64,000 bases of DNA from the NCBI GenBank assembly GCA_030390025.1, contig CM059432.1, forward strand, positions 80,354,001 to 80,418,000. Reading direction: 5' to 3'. This document shows positions 62,692 to 64,000 of the stretch, piece by piece; position 1 is the stretch's first letter; each line of letters opens with the position of its first letter. The notes under the pieces were generated by a model that worked only from the letters and a program-made list of their open reading frames with translations, made no database searches and had not been told where the DNA came from. The stretch comes from Squalus acanthias. Lineage: Eukaryota. The position numbers and the translations under genes were made by a program.

Positions 62692-64000
62692 CCATCATTA
62701 TCATCATCAGTGGTCTGACTCTGGCTCAGTTCTCCCTTCTCCAAACCATTCTGTCTTGTGCTTCTCTCTTCAATTCTCCATGTGATCTCACATTCTTCAT
62801 GTGGTCCAGAAGCATATTTCTTTTCCTCCCTCTTGGGCTTTTTCTTTCCAACTTCTAACACCTCTTTCAGCATCTCATCCCCTCTCAGCATATGCCTAAT
62901 CCAATTCATCTGTCTTTTTCTGATGACATCAATCAAATGATGTTCTTCTTGTATCATTGCCAACACTTCCTCTTGACTTGTCTTATCAATCCATTTTACT
63001 TTCTCCATGCGTCTCCAAACCCACATCTCAAAGCTTTGTAGAAGATTGGGCTCCTCTTTCCTCGGCATCAACGTTTCAGCACCACACTCCATATCGAACT
63101 CTTCACTAATTTTTCAGTTCTCTGTTCAGTTGTCCAGTTAATATCTTCTCCTTTCATTGCCCATGAAATGCTGCTTAAAATGAATAAACAAAGGAAATGG
63201 AAAATTGTGAACACAGGAGGGCAGAAAAACATACAGGAGCTCAGGAGGGAGACTGATGAGGCTCGAGAAATCTGGTCAAAGGGACTACGTGAGGAGTTGG
63301 ATAGGAGATTGAGGAGAATGGATAATTTCAACAGACAAGGAATGAGAGTTAAAGCAATAAAAAGTAAAGATGGACAGCTATTAACTGACCCAATGGAAGT
63401 AAGAAACAGATGGCAAGAATATGTTGAAGAACTGTATGCCAAAGAATAAAAGTCAGTTGACATTGAAATAAGAAAGGAAGAGGAGGTAGAAATTGATTTT
63501 ATGGGTCCTGAAGTCCTTGAGTGTGAAGCGGTGATGCAATAAGTGAGTTTGAGAATAAAAAGGCTGCAGGCGTTGGTGAGATTCCAGCAGAACTGATTAA
63601 AAACATGAGAGATGCGGCAATGAATGACTTTATTGATTTATATAAAACCATGCAGTTGAAATTTGAATGGCCAGATGATTTCATGAAAATAATCATGATA
63701 CCTCTGGGGAAAAAAAGCTAAATATTAGCAAATGTGCTGCGTTTCGTACCATAGGTTTGATTGCACCTGCCTCAAAGATTATGCTCAGAGTACTTATAAG
63801 AAGGTTAAGAGCAAAAGTGGGACAGTATCTTGTCAAAGATCAATTTGGGTTTTGCAGAGGATGTGGAACAAGAGAGGGAATAGGGAGTATAGAACACAAT
63901 CAGGAGGTGTACATTTGCTTTGTAGATTTTGAAAAAGCCTATGATAGAGTGAACTGGATGAAACTAATTGAGGTACGAAAGAATATTGGTGTGGATTGGA
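62692..64000. mobile_element. RTE-type LINE with an inversion: 3' part on - (62692-63160), upstream ORF2 part on + (63161-64000, runs off the window)
   Basis: FEMWVWRRME, IRKRQMNWIRHMLR and (GAT)n tail on -; RWQEYVEELY, GVGEIPAELIK, FVDFEKAYDRVNW on +. Confidence 0.85.

Overview
Eukaryotic, repeat-saturated DNA with no recognisable host coding exon. The repeat inventory (CR1 LINEs with AAGAACAT/ATTCTATG tails, L2, a Deu-domain-type tRNA SINE, many Harbinger MITEs) suggests a cartilaginous fish; this is an inference. Main contents: a 35-bp minisatellite; many CR1, L2 and other CR1/L2-group LINE fragments, including one near full-length CR1; a very young Gypsy element (215-bp LTRs differing at one base, CTGCT target duplication); a 1469-bp solo LTR with a 4-bp target duplication; a decayed two-gene Harbinger transposon plus related MITEs; hAT and pogo/Tigger MITEs; SINEs; and a 5'-inverted RTE-type LINE. 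Best leads: (1) the Gypsy has no tRNA primer site, and the 13 nt after its 5' LTR are perfectly complementary to the LTR's own poly(A)-signal region, suggesting self-priming; its RT motif is YLDN; (2) the long solo LTR has a foamy-virus-like layout; (3) a MITE family carries promoter-like motifs followed by a cluster of consensus splice donors. Family assignments come from motif recognition by eye, without database searches.
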